NCBI RefSeq assembly: GCF_964213995.1 | Contig: NC_135805.1 | Span: 134,044,001-134,108,000 of the forward strand | Source: Mustelus asterias | Lineage: Eukaryota | DNA: 64,000 nucleotides | Reading direction: 5' to 3' | Shown: one piece after another, positions 47,833 to 61,742 of the stretch | How the letters are laid out: every line of letters starts with the position of its first letter | Numbering within the stretch: the stretch's first letter is position 1 | Notes under the pieces: model-generated | Database searches by the model: none | What the model was told of the DNA's origin: nothing | The model's input: only the letters and a program-made list of their open reading frames with translations | Position numbers and translations under genes: made by a program

Positions 47833-48674
47833 CTAGGAACATGAATAAATCCAACGTATTACTTGCATTAAACATTTAGATCTCTACATTAAAAAAAAGT
47901 ATTGAAAATTTGCATTTTAACCGACATTACGCCATAGTAACCAACATTAAGCCATGATCTGCCAGCTTCAATTTTCTTCCAGCCAAGCAGTTGATGGGTC
48001 AAAGTCATGTGTTTCATGCAAATTACATTTTGCCATTAGATTCAGTCAACAGCCAAGCAATTTAATTTCCAATATTTTAATCACTTAATTTATTTAAGCA
48101 GACTTCATTTGAAACAAGCACATGACATATTTTGCAAAGCTGGACACTGTCAATGAGATGCTGTAGGGGTGGACAGTAATGCAAAGACCGCTACTATTAT
48201 GTTAGCCCTTTGATGGTATGAATCTGCTTGAAGTACATCGATAGTTTGTTCAGTTTAACACAGCAGAGGTTGCCCATTTATAAGAATGGTACCAGTAGTG
48301 CAGGAGTAATAATCTCCCAATTAAGTAGTGATGGGGTTGGCCATTATTGCAGAATAAGAACATTTTATCTAAAATTGACACTCCCACACATCTATATTTC
48401 AGAAAAGATGTTAATCTTAACAAATTCAGAGAGTCATCCTTCATATTTTCATTCTAAAGCAAGTTGATCAATAGTATAAATGTAAAAACAAATGGCGACT
48501 GCATTATTTCAAATTAAAATATGCTTGTACTTACAGAAGATCAACTAAGAGCTTATAAACTGGTTAACTTTTTACTAATTTGGTTATATTAACCACTAGT
48601 GACACTACCACTCATTGATTTTAAAGTCTTTCCACTCATCAATGAGAAATTCTGCCTTTCCTACACAAATTATG

Positions 48675-49292
48675 TTAAGTTTATTTGTTATTAGTGCTGC
48701 AAGTAGGCTTACATTCACATTGCAATGAAGTTGGCGGCATGGCGGCTAGCACTGCTGCCTCTCAGCGCCAGGGACCCGGGTTCGATTCCCCCATTGGGTC
48801 ACTGTCTATTCAGAGTCTGCATGTTCACCCCGTGTCTGCCTGGGTTTCTTCTGGGTGCTCCTGTTTCCTCCCACAGTCAGAAAGACATGCTGGTTAGGTT
48901 ATGCTAATTGGCAATGCTAAATTCTTCCACAGTGTACCCGATCAGGTGCCGGAATGTGGCAACCAGGGGATTTTCACAGTAACTTCATTGCAGTGTTAAT
49001 GTAGGCCTATTTGTGACACGAATAAATAAATGCTAAAACATTAAGTTACTGTGAAAATCCCCTAGTTGCACACTCTGGCGCCTGTTCGGGTACACTGAAG
49101 GAGAATTTAACATGGCCAATACATCTAATCAGCATGTCTTTTGGACTTTGGGAGGAAACCGGAGTACCTGGAGGAAACACACGCAGACACGGAGAGAACG
49201 TGCAGCCTTCACACAGAGAGTGACCCCAGCTGGGAATCGAACCCAGGTCCCTGGCACTCTGAGGCTGCAGTGCTAACCACTGTGCCACCACG
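48675..49292. mobile_element. Plus-strand V-SINE (48733-49042) nested inside a minus-strand V-SINE of the same subfamily
   Basis: Host tail ...tgcaatgaagtt resumes as aagttactgtgaaaatc; duplicated aagtt at 48728-48732 and 49043-49047. Confidence 0.85.
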
Positions 49293-49829
49293 TTGAATTG
49301 GCAAAAAGACTATGTTGCCGCAAGAAATAATAAGTTCTGCATTAACTCATGCATTCTGTCACTCAAGTCTGTCTATTCTTTAGAGCTGTCAAGGATTTGG
49401 AGTTTAGCTCAAAAAGGCAACTAAGATGCTCACAAATTTACAAATGTAAGCGATGCAAGATACTGAGAAAGTTTTTTCAGCAACAAGACGGTTTTGCATC
49501 TTACGAAATATAAGCAATAGTTCTGACTTACAGAAATTTTAATCAATGCAAAAGAGACTTCAACCCTCTGACTCATGAATACATTTAAGGTAGAATCTTT
49601 CTATTGATATTCACATGTCCTCTACTTCAATGAGAAAATAATCATTTTAAATGGAATAAATAAGTGGACTTCCACAAGATAGAAAGATTTTTACACCGAG
49701 TCTTGATATATAAGCAAGTAGTAGAAATAGAAGTATGGCTTTGCTCCAAATGGCTTTGCTGCAAGTCAAAATCTTGCAGTTGAAGCCCTAACTTGAGCAT
49801 ATAATTTTTCTCGGCTGATATCCCTCAGG

Positions 49830-50665
49830 GGATTGTGTTGGGCCCAGTCATCTTCAGCTGCTCCATCAATGGTCTCAAAGCCCTCTAACAAAGTCAGAAA
49901 TGGGAATGTTCACTGATGATTGTACGGATTTACTCCAATTTGCAACTCCTTAGATACTGAAGCAGTCCATGTCCATATGCAGCAGGACCTGGACAAATTC
50001 AGGCTTGGGCTCACAGTGGCAACTGACATTCGTGCTACACGAGCACCAGGCAATGACCACTTCCCACAACAGAGAATTTAACCATCTCCCCATGACATTT
50101 GATGGCATTACCATTGTTGAATTCCCCCACTTTCAACATCCTGTGGAGTTACCATTGTCCAAAAACTGAACTTGACCAACATGGCTACAAAAGCAGATCT
50201 GAGGCAAATAACTTACCTTCTGACCAACACAAAAAAACTCGACACCATCCAGGACAAAGCAACTACTTGAACGGCAAAACATTCATTGCCTTCACCACTG
50301 ATGCACAGAGGCAGAATTGTATACCATAAACAAAATGTACTAGAGCAACTTTCCAAGGCTCCTCCAACAGCATTTTATGAACCCATTACCTCTACCACTC
50401 AGAAGGAAAAGGGAGCAGGTTCATGGACACATGCAAGTTCCCCCCCAAGCCACACACCATCTCACTTGGAACTATATTGCTGTTCATTCACTGTGGCTAG
50501 GTCAAAGACCTGCAATTCCCTCTCTAAAAGTGCTCTGGATTTCTGATGGGCTGCTGAAGTTCGAGGCAGCTGTTCACAACCACCTTCTCAATTCAAGGGC
50601 AACTAGGGATGGGCAATAAATGCTGCTTTTGCCAGGGACACCCATTTCCCACGAAAAAAAAAAAT
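49830..50665 (+). mobile_element. CR1/L2-group LINE 3' fragment
   Basis: Decayed PQG..LGP and F-DD motifs; tail gggcaactagggatgggcaataaatgctg...poly-A. Confidence 0.75.
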
Positions 50666-51894
50666 CCAGTGCAGTAATGTTGCGATGTCGGAGATGATAT
50701 CCTTCAGACAAGTTCACAAACCAAAGCCCATTCATGCAAATAAACCCAATACACTATTCAAATCGAGCAGAAATGTTCCCGCTGTCCCATATTCCTTTTG
50801 GCAGTTATATTTGCTGGCAATCACTATTGCTGCAAGCTTCCTTTGAGACTAATCCAGCCTAGAGGAAAGAAAGGATGGAAAAAAGGAAAACTAATCCTAA
50901 AAATGCTTTTTAAAAATCTTCTTCTGAGAGGGGAATGATATACTAAACTGTATAGAGTCATCCATATTTCCACGGTGAAGCCTTCTAATATAGCCCCTAT
51001 TCTACAAATGCGATAATAAAATCAGAAATTTTTATCAGTTTTGATGGTAATACATTGTGAAAAAGTTCATTGATGCTAATGGTTGAATCAGTCAAACTGC
51101 AACTATGCAGCATACTGAAACCTTGATCCTCTGTATCAGATTGCTCATTAACATGCCAGCCTGTACTTGTACGTGTAAGGCATTGGGTTTAATACCTTGT
51201 ACTTATCTGTATTGAATTCCATCTCTCTCTAATATGTCTAATAGCAGGTGTTAATTTAATACCTTCTACAGGTCTCTGACTGTATTATCAAGACAGCTGT
51301 CCCAGTTTCGTGTCACCTGCAAACTTGACCAGTCCACATTGAGTTTTGATTCGCAAATCATGCTGAAACAAGCTGCATTTGTCAACACCTCTTGCAGTGA
51401 AAGTATTCGCCTTCTCCAGTTTTATCATGTGGAGATTGAGCAGGTGTTAAATTTGATAGTCCAATAAATATGTCATAATAATACTCATTCAGATGCCAGA
51501 GCACAAGCGAACGTTTGGTGTGGTTGAATGGGGAATAAAGCACATAAAAAAGTGGAAACTAAAGCATAATGCTAAAGGAGGGAGTGAGCAGGGTCACCTT
51601 CCTGTAATGTGGCAAGTGAAGGCAAGTGGGACCAAAGAGCAGGATATGCAATAGCACATATGCTGCTTACAGATTATAAAGTTTATTTTTTCTGCTAAGG
51701 TTGCCATCAGCTATAGTTCAGATGTTTATACTCAAGACTTTTTGCTGTATTCATGTAGAGAATTCGCAGCTACTTCTAAGCATGCATTAGTCCTAAAATT
51801 GCTTTGTGGAGTCTTGGTTCCAATCTTTTTCCATTTTTCCATCAAACCAAGATGTTTAGGACAGGCTTACCAATTTTGGCATGCTGAATGTTTA

Positions 51895-52150
51895 AGTTAA
51901 AAATTTGTTTATTAGTGTCACAAGTAGGCTTACATTAACATTGCAATGAAGTTACACTGAGGGAGAATTTAGCAAGGCCAATGCACCTAACTGCACGACT
52001 TTCAGACTGTGGGAGGAAACCGGAACACCTGGAGGAAACCCACGCAGACAAGGGGAGAACGTGCAGATTCCGTACAGACAGTGACCAAGCGGGAATCGAA
52101 CCCAGGGTCCTGGCGCTGTGAGGCAGCAGTGTTAACCACTATGCCACCAT
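51895..52150 (-). mobile_element. V-SINE, alternative-tail subfamily (internal deletion)
   Basis: Same head, core and tail as 2555-2860. Confidence 0.8.
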
Positions 52151-52233
52151 AGTTTTGGTTAGTCCTCAAAAAGAAACTGCACTTGGCAGTTCCCATTCCA
52201 AAATGTGCTGCCATGCATTGAACTTAAGACAAA

Positions 52234-53169
52234 AAGGTAGTTGGATCAGCAAATTTGCTGATGATACAAAGATTGGAGGTGTAGTGGACAGTGAGGAAGG
52301 TTTTCAAAGCTTGCAGAGGGATTTGGACCAACGAGAAAAATGGGCTGAAAAATGGCAAATGGAATTTAACGCAGACAAGAGTGAGATATTGCACTTTGGA
52401 AGGACAAACCAAAGTAGAACGTACAGGGTAAGTGGTAGGACTCTGAAGAGTGCAGTTGAACAGAGGGATCTGGGAATACAGGTACAGAATTCCCTAAAAG
52501 TGACGTCACAGGTGGATAGGGTCGTAAAAAGTGCCTTTGGTACATTGGCCTTTATAAATCGGAGTATCGAGTATAAAGGTTGGAGTGTTATGGTAAGGTT
52601 ATATAAGGCATTGGTGAGGCCGAATTTAGAGTATGGTGTATAGTTTTGGTCACCTAGTTACAGGAAGGGTGTAAATAAGGTTGAAAGAGTGCAGAGAAGG
52701 TTCACAAGGATGTTGCCGGGACTTGAGAAGCTGAGTTAGAGAGAGAGATTGAATAGGTTGGGACTTTATTCCCTGGAGCGTAGAAGAATGAGGGGAGATT
52801 TGATAGAGGTGCATAAGATTTTGATGGGTATAGATAGAGTGAATGCAAGCAGGCTTTTTCCACTGAGGCTGGGGAAGAAAAAAACCAGAGGGCATGGGTT
52901 AAGGGTGAAAGGAGAAAAGTTTAAAGGGAATATCAGGGGGGGCTTCTTCACGCAGAGAGTGGTGGGAGTGTGGAATGAGCTGCCGGATAAAGTGGCAAAT
53001 GCGGGGTCACTTTTAACATTTAAGAAAAACTTGGACGGGTTCATGGATGAGAGGGGTGTGGAGGGATATGGTCCAAGTGCAGGTCAGTGGGACTAGGCAA
53101 AGAATGGTTCGGCACAGACAAGAAGGGCCAAAAAGCCTATTTCTGAGCTGTAATTTTCTATGGTTCTAG
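52234..53169 (+). mobile_element. CR1 LINE 3' fragment
   Basis: WISKFADDTKIGG...LYKALVRPNLEY with in-frame stops; ttctatggttcta tail. Confidence 0.92.
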
Positions 53170-53440
53170 TTTGGAAGTTGTTGCATACTTCATGGTTGTT
53201 TAGGTGTAGAAATACCTTAAATCATAGACCCCAGGAAGAAAAGGGCAGGTCTCCAGACAGGTTAGAGATTTCAAACACAAAGACAATTGTGCAGGCAATG
53301 TTACACTTGCAAATTGGTGTCATCGTTTAAAATTTATAAACAATGAACATTTTGAGTACCATATCCGCCACAATTTTTTTACTTATTCATGGGATATGGG
53401 TATCATTGACGAGGCCAGCATTCATTGCCCATCCCCAATG

Positions 53441-54363
53441 AGAACATAAGAACTAGGAGCAGGAGTAGGCCATCTGGCCCCTCGGGCCTGCTCCGCCATT
53501 CAATAAGATCATGGCTGATCTTTTTGTGGACTCAGCTCCACTTAACCGCCCGCTCACCATAACCCTTAATTCCTTTACTGTTCAAAAATTTATCTATCCT
53601 TGCCTTAAAAACATTCAATGAGGTAGCCTCAACTGCTTCACTGGGCAGGGAATTCCAGAGATTCACAACCCTTTGTGTGAAGAAGTCCCTCCTCAACTTG
53701 GTCCTAAATCTGCTTCCCCTTATTTTGAGGCCATGCCCCCAAGTTCTAGTTTCACCTGCCAGTGGAAACAACTTCCCTGCTTCTAGTTTATCTATTCCCT
53801 TCATAATCTTATATGTTTCTATAAGATCTCCCCTCATTCTTCTGAATTCCAATGAGTATAGCCCCAGTCTACGCAGTCTCTTCTCATAAGCCAACCCTCT
53901 CAACTCCGGAATCAACCTAGTGAATCTCCTCTGCACCCTCTCCAGTGCCAGTATATCCTTTCTCAAGTAAGGAGACCAAGACTGTACACAGTACTCCAGG
54001 AGTGGCCTCACCAGCACCTTATATGGCTGCAACATAACCTCCCTGCTTTTAAACTCCATCCCTCTAGTAATGAAGGACAAAATTCCATTTGCTTTCTTAA
54101 TTACCTGCTGCACCTGTAAACCAATATTTTTCAATCCATGCACAAGGACACCCAGGTCCCTCTGCACAGCAGCATGCTGCAATTTTTTAACCATTTAAAT
54201 AATAGTCCATTTTGCTGTTATTCCTACCAAAATGAATGACCTCACATTTACCAACATTGTACTCCATCTGCCAGACCCTCGCCCACTCACTTAGACTATC
54301 TATATCCCTTTGCAGACTTTCCGCATCCTCTGTACACTTTGCTCTGCCACTCATCTTAGTGTC
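53441..54363 (-). mobile_element. CR1 LINE 3' fragment nested in the tail of a CR1/L2-group LINE (53370-53440 plus 54364-54800)
   Basis: ORF 53532-54194 (220 aa), RT C-terminus; flanks match the 34290-35010 family. Confidence 0.9.
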
Positions 54364-56269
54364 CTCTAGTGGGTGGTGGTGGTGAGCTGCCTTTTGAACC
54401 GCTGCAGTCCATGTGGTGTAAGTACATTCACAGCGCTGTTAGGGAGGGAATTCTAGGATTTTGACCCAGCCACAGTGAAAGAACGGAGATATATTTCTAG
54501 TCAGGATGTTGAGTGATTTGGAGGGGAATTTCCAAATAGTGGCTTTCCCATGTGTCTGCTGCCTTTTCCTTCTAGATGGTAGCAGTTGGGTGTTTGGAAG
54601 GTGCTGCCTCAGCAGTCTTGGTGAATTCCTGCAGTGCACCTTGTAGATGGTACATACTGCTGCCACTATGTGTCAGTGATGGGGAGAGTGTATGTTTGAG
54701 GAATGGTGAACATCATGCAATCATCAGGGAACATCCCCATTTCTGACCTTATGATAGAAGGAAGGTCATTAATGAAGCAGCTGAAGATGGTTGGGCCTAG
54801 GATTTACAAAATAAATTGTATCGTCCTTTAGGTCCCTTGCCAGTTTAAACAATAATGGCGAATTCTAACTTTCGATTCCCAGCTTTCTTTATTACTTGTG
54901 GTGGGTGCCTTGATCAGTTGTTCAATCTGATGCAACCGTGAGACGTGCAAAATCCATAGAAGAGAACATTTTGGTTAAAAGCTGAAATTTAAAAACACTA
55001 CATGCTGAGGAAACTAACACAGGCAAGACTGTTGTACAGGAAGGACCATGTGAGTTGAGTATAAAAGTAGCTGCTTTTAGAATCCAATCAAGATATAGTG
55101 GCTGCCTTCACTGGTGAATATTGAGAACACTAACACTCAGTCAGAAGAGGATCTCAGGTCTGGAAGCATAAGACTCCTGTACTGCTTCAGGACCAGATGT
55201 ACACAGCACACATCAAATCCTCAAGAGGGAGGTAGAGTCTGTTTTCTGCTCAATGAGTGCCTTCTATATTCAATACGGTTTGAAACTCGTCAGCTTTTAT
55301 TTCCCCCCAGAACAGTAATTAGTTTTGTTCCTTACTCCAGCTACACCCACAAAATATATCCCAATATGTTCTATATGATCATAAGTAGCACATGTTAAAA
55401 CGTCAGGTTACAAAATGTATTTAAAAAGCGATCAAGTAAAGCATATTGTACAGAATGTGAAATACTAAGATGATTCAAATGAAAAACTATAACCATAAAA
55501 TGTGTACCATGCGCAAACGTACTTGTAATTGAATGAAGACCATTTCTGCAATCAAAGCACGGCTATGTTAGTCAATTTGGATACATTTCAGAGTGTCAGC
55601 AGCTTGATATTTACACCTCACCTTCAAGGAACCATAGGAGGCTGGGTTCAGATCAATCTCACTTGACAAAATTAGCTGATTTGAAAGGACAAGTACTATT
55701 CCTGCAGAGCTAATAACATTGTACAGGGGCAATGCTATGTATGCTACATTTTAAAATCAGAGAACAAAATTAAACCAGTTTGGCAAATGTACATTTGGAA
55801 ACATAAGGCAGCTAAAAAAAAAAGATTTGTAAAAACAGTAGCTACATATGAATAGATCATGGAGGGATTTAAAATACATGGAATAAGCAGTTGCTTGCAC
55901 TTTTTAAATAAAAAATAGATCCTTGGTTGATCTTGCATTCTCAGAATTCACTTCACAAACATGTCTGCCAGAAAGCTGACAGCAATAATATCTCCACCTG
56001 TCAAATTCCCTCACCAGACAGGATCAATGACATACTGAGAATTCACTACACTGAAAAATACAAACAGGAGTAGGCTGCCCTCAAATGGCACCACGTTCAG
56101 TAAAAGGTGACCTACTGTGAGGAGGTTCGTAATTTTCTGTGCTTTAACCCATGATATCATATAATTTCCATTGTTCAAGACTTGCAGCTAGAACAAGATT
56201 CTAGAGCAATTTTTTTCTTCCTCACTTGCTATTTCTATTCCTCTCTCCACATAGCTTCCACCCACAGTA

Positions 56270-57745
56270 TAAACCCCCTCTGATCAGAAGCAGCATGGAT
56301 TTGTAAAGGGTAGGTTATGTCTGTGGAACATGGCTGAATTTATTCAAGAGTTGATAAACTAATGGGCAAGGGAATGTTTATGGGTGTTAAGTTAGCAAAT
56401 GCCTTCTGGAAATCAAATTAGACAAAGTTACTCACAAGAGGCTAAGTTAAAGTTGAAGCTTGTAATTAAAGCCAAATTATTGACCTGGTTATTAAATTGG
56501 CTAAGTGGTAGAAAAAGAACTGATTGACACCTCCACATACTGACACATAGCCCCAAACCCCTTAACTCTTTTGATATGATAATTTAAAGTTAACAATTGA
56601 TCTAACACCAAATGCTCTTCGCAATTGATCCTCATTTCTTCATATTTATTATCAACATAGATGCTGAGATAGAAAACTGCATGACCAATGATGATGACAC
56701 AAGATAGGTGACATTGTAAGCAGTGGAGATGGAAATATAACAGCAAGAGAAATGACGATAGATTAAGTGAATGGGGAAAACTCTGGTAAATGGATTTCAA
56801 TATAGGCATGTGAAGGTCATCCACTTTGGACCCTGAAAGGGTAAAGTTGGGCACTAATTGGTGAAAAGCTGCAACAGTGAGGCCCAAAAAGACACATGGA
56901 TTCGGGTATAGAGATTAAAATGCCTTGGACAGTATAGAAAACAATCAAAAGGCTAATAGAATGCTGTGCTTTATGCCTAGAGGATAGAATACTAGGAAGT
57001 TGGCAATATATTTCAGCTACACAGAGCCCTGTTTAGACCACACCTGGAGTACACCTGTGAACAGTTCAGCGCAACACACTCTTAGAAGGATAGAACTGCC
57101 TTGGAAGGAAGTGCAGAATTATCAGAATGATACCTGGACTGCAAGGGTTAAATTATGGGAAGTGATTACACAAACTAGGATTACATTCCCTAGAATTTAA
57201 GGGGTGAATTGATCAATCTTAAACAGTCTCAAGGCAAACAGATAGAGAAACTATTTTGTTGGTTGGGATACTGGAACTAGGGGCCATTGTCTAAAAGTTA
57301 AAGCCAGTCCAAAGATGTGCGGGTTAGGTTGATTGGCCATGCTAAAATTGCCCCTTAGTGTCCTGGGATGCGTAGATTAGTGGGTAAATATGTAGGGATA
57401 TGGGGGTAGGGCCTGGGTGGGATTGTGGTCGGTGCAGACTCGATGGGCCGAATGGCCTTTTTCTGTACTGTAGGGTTTCTATGATTTCTATGAGATCTTT
57501 CAGGAGTGAAAGTAGAATGAATTTCATGCACAAAAGGGTAGTTGCTGGAAGCTTGGAACTCCCTTCTGGAAATAAAATCTATAGACCAATTGTTAACTTT
57601 CAATCTGAAAATGATAGATTTGTTCTTAATCAAAGGTATCAAAGACAATGGGGATATGGCGGGGATATGGCTAGGCTGTGATCTCACTGAATGATGAAAC
57701 AACCCTGAGTGGCTAAACAGCCTATTCCTGCTCCAATGTTCTGTG
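56270..57745 (+). mobile_element. Old CR1 with the 3' half of an HE1-like SINE inserted at about 57305-57490
   Basis: Decayed CR1 motifs (agaccacacctggagtac); insert nearly identical to 33460-33650. Confidence 0.7.
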
Positions 57746-58249
57746 AAGAATAGCAAATGATTGAGACTTGAAACCAGTTCACATTTTGAATGTCAAGAAA
57801 ACTCAAATAACGGATCACAGACAGCTCCAAATAAGTTCCAACAATAAAACTGACTATCTGCAACCAGACAAATGTAAAACATCCGTGAGCTGTGGGCATA
57901 AAATTATTTTTTGGAACATAGCAAAACATGCCAGGTCAAGTTACCCTTCAGGAGAAGCAGCTTCTGCCTCAACTCAATCCTAGAAGATAAATAAATGGCC
58001 CAAAATAACAAGAACTCTTGAGACATATCTCAACCAAAAGTGCAGTAACCGTTTCTTTATATGGCAAAGGAGAGTTCTGAAGCATTTTAATGAAAATTGA
58101 AATAATAGGGACTGCACTGATTTAGCTAAGCAAAAATAAATTTAAAACAAATTAAGCATCACCAATCCAATATGATCAACATACAGGAGAATATTGCTTT
58201 TTGAGATTCTACCAGCCCTCACTTTCAAATATTCTCAAACTTTTTAAAA

Positions 58250-58915
58250 TATCTATATATAGAAAACCAAGAAACATCTTAGCTGTAGTGCTAAACATTT
58301 ATTTGTACCCTGGGACTAGCCTTGTATCCAGCCAAACTATTCCAGTGCAACTACAATACAGACTCCTACTCAACAAAATTGCTCGAGTATGTCCTATCTA
58401 CAAATAAGACGACAAATCCAATCTGACCAACAAGTGAAATCCCAAACCCTGCCCATCACCTACAAGGTACCAAGTCAGGAGTGCGACGGATAATCCTCAC
58501 AAAATTCCAACAACACTCAAAAAGCTCAACACTATCCAGGACAAGGCAGCCTTTTTGATCAGCATCCCCCACCAGCTTAATTCTTCAATCTCCTCCCACC
58601 ACTTGCACATTAGAGTCTGCAGTGTGTACCATCTACAAAACACACTGCAGCATTACCAAGGATTCTCAACAGCACCTTCCAAACATGCAACTTTCACCAC
58701 CATCAAGTTCTCCTCCAAGACACTATATCAATCTTCCTACACTGCCTTTCGGTGAAAATTCTGTAACTCCGACCTAACAGCAATGCGGGTATATCAAAGC
58801 CCAAAGGCTACAGCAGTTCAAAATGGTGACTCACCATTACCATGGCTATTAGGGGTGAACCATAAATGCTGGCCTAGCCAGCAATACACAAATCTCATCA
58901 ATATTTTTTTTTAAC
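58250..58915 (+). mobile_element. CR1/L2-group LINE 3' fragment, old
   Basis: atcacctacaaggtaccaagtcaggagtg...ataaatgctggcctagccagc tail. Confidence 0.6.
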
Positions 58916-60309
58916 TTGAAGAATTCACTTTTCTCAGGACTGAGAGAAACTAATTCATGTTAAGCCAACTTTTGTCCAGTGTGAAGTATGTGCTAGGACA
59001 TGTAGACTGCTCTACTGTGGCAAGAAATACTTTTTAAGTGATAAAAGTGCAACACAGCTATCTGATTAAACATTGGCTTGAACAAGATTTTTGCAGAGAC
59101 TTTAAAGGTCATGGGAAATGCATTCCTCAAAAGACAAACTCTCTATTTTCAGTCAAAAAAGATTTTAGCTCCTGAACTCTGAACAAACCACACTGTAGGC
59201 AGGCCGGAGGGAACGGTAAAGCTTATCGATAGTATTGTTACTCAGTCGGGTGGGGGGATGGTAGTTGAGGATCAATAGCTTCACTTTGAATTTGGGACAA
59301 ATTCAGGGTTAGTTCAAGAAGGATGGAGTTTGTACTGACATTTTTGCAAATCAAGAGGATAAATTACAATTGATGATGTCTGGAAGGCTGGGATGGTACA
59401 ACAACCTTTTAAAATACTAAGCTTGCAGTTCCATCTGCAAGCATTGCTCAGTTAGAATATTTCAAACACTTATCATTTTTAATGTATTGAAATTCTTCTT
59501 AGGCAGTCCCTCGGAGTGGAGCGTGACTTGCTTCCACACTAACGAGTTCTCAGGTGACTCGGGGTCCAATGCACGACCTACAGTCTCTGTCACAGGTGGG
59601 CAGGTGGTGGTTGGAGGAGTGGGTGGGTGGGGGTGCCCGGGTGGACACGTGCTCCTTTCATGGTCGACACTTGGCTTCAGGTTGTTCATGGCGATGAAAC
59701 TCATGCAATTCAGCTCCTCCCCGAATGCGTTTCCTCCACTTGGTCTTGCGCCTGGAATTCCCAGATGTTGGTGGGGATGTTGCACTTTTTCGAGGAGGCT
59801 TTGAGGGTCTCATTGAAGCATTTCCTCTCCCTCTTGGGGCTCACTTGCCAAGTTGAAGCTCCAAGTAAAGTGCTTGCTTTGAGACGTGTGTCAGGCATGC
59901 AGACGATGTGGCCCGCCCAGCGGAGCTGATCAAGCATGGTCAATGCTTTGATGTTGGGGACGTTGGCTTGAGCGAATCTGATGTTGGTGCGTCTTTCCTG
60001 CCAATGGATTTAAAGGATCTTGCGGAAGCCATGCTGGTGGTACTTCTCCAGAGTTTTGCGGTCCTTGCTGTATTTAGTCCATGTCTGTGGGCCAAATAGG
60101 AGGGCAGGTACAACTATTGCTCTGTAGATCATGCACTTGCTGCCAGGTCTGAGGTCTTGATCTTCAAACACTGCCTTCCTCAGGCAATTGAAGGCTGTGC
60201 TGGTACACTGAAGGTGATGGTGAACCTCGTCGTTAATACCTGCCATCGTTGAAGGAGGTTCTCAAGTTAGGGAAAATGGTCCATGTTGTCCAAGTCCTTG
60301 TTGTGGATT

Positions 60310-60790
60310 CTTTTTTAATTAATGTTTTTATTGAGGATTTTCCATTTTATCACAAGACATAACAGTTCACCCAAATAAGTACAGTAATCATTATTCCACA
60401 TATACAGAAAATACTCATACAAATGAGTACCAATCATTGTAATTGTTGTAGTCAGTGTCTCCTTTTGTATGGATAATGAGAGGACACCAGAAAGAGTGGG
60501 GATCTCAGAATAACTGGATGGCACCATGGTGCACCCCCTCCTCCACAGAATAACAAAGACAGCTATACATCCCTTGGGGTAAAATACAACCAATTACGAC
60601 CTAAGTCGGAATCCCAAGACTCCGAGCAATGAAAGGATACCCAGAAAAAAGGGATCATCAGGGTACCATCATCTGTACAAGACGTGGCTTGGCAGTGTAT
60701 ATTTTTGTATACAGGAGCCAGTAAGCCAAGGATACTTACACCATGCCAAGACTCAAAAACACAACAGACCTCACTCCTTACCTGCCATAT
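60310..60790 (-). mobile_element. Poly-A-tailed insertion within the RTE, possibly an L1/Tx1-type 3' fragment
   Basis: Minus strand ends ctcaataaaaacattaattaaaaaa; RTE homology is interrupted over this span. Confidence 0.4.
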
Positions 60791-61531
60791 CAGAGGCGCC
60801 ACCATCACCGCAGTCTGAATCAGACTCTCTTATCAGGGTCTTTGAGTGCCCCAATGTTGATTTTCCTGTGGTATTGTTTCTGTTACCATCACAGCTTTGG
60901 GGCTACATTGAGGTTGATCATAGAGTGGATTAGACGGTGGTCCATCCAGCAGTTGTCAGTTCCTGTCATGGCACAGGTGATGTGCGTATACGCCCAGGCA
61001 GTCCCTCGCTTGGACGATGATGTCGTTGAGCAGGTACCAGTGCTTGAAGTGAGAGTATTGCCATTAGCCCTTGACATGTCTGTCTGAAAGAACAAGGTAT
61101 TGGTTATGACAAGGCTGTCTTCCAGGCATTTTGTCAGGAGCAGGGCACCATTGGTGTTGGATTTCCCCAGCTCCCCTCTGCAGATTACACCTCCCAAGAG
61201 ATTGGTGTCCTTTTCAACTGTGGCCAGTGAAGTCGCCAGAGGATCAGTTTGTTGTCCGCTGGGACTCGCACTGGATTGTGAGGAACTGGAGTAAATTTTC
61301 TCTTTGGATTCATCTGTAGCTTCCAGTGTTGCGGCATGCACGCTGAGGATTGTAGCACACAGATTCTAGGCTAGGGTGAGCCAAAGGATCACAAGGCATT
61401 CATTTGTCCTGCAAGGGGAGTCTCCGAATGGCCAACTAATTCCTTTTATAATGGTGAAACCAGCCATGGGGGTGGTGATCTTCTTCTGGTTTACCTTTCC
61501 AGAAGAAGGTACAGCTGCAACCTTGTTCTTT

Positions 61532-61742
61532 AAGTAGTCTCGCAACACCAGGTTAGAGTCCAACAGGTTTATTTGGTAGCATGAACTTTCGAAGTGCTGC
61601 CCCTCCATCAAGTGAGGTGCACTCACCTGCTGAAGGAGCAGCGCTCTGAAAGCTCGTGCTTTCAAATAAACTTGTTCGACTCTAACCTGGTGTTGTGAGA
61701 CTACTTACTGTGCCTACTCTAGTCCAACGCCAGCAACTCCAC
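61532..61742 (+). mobile_element. Short fold-back Penelope-like element (family 1, older)
   Basis: Inverted arms of about 85 bp plus tail; TSD accttgttcttt at 61520-61531 and 61743-61754. Confidence 0.85.
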
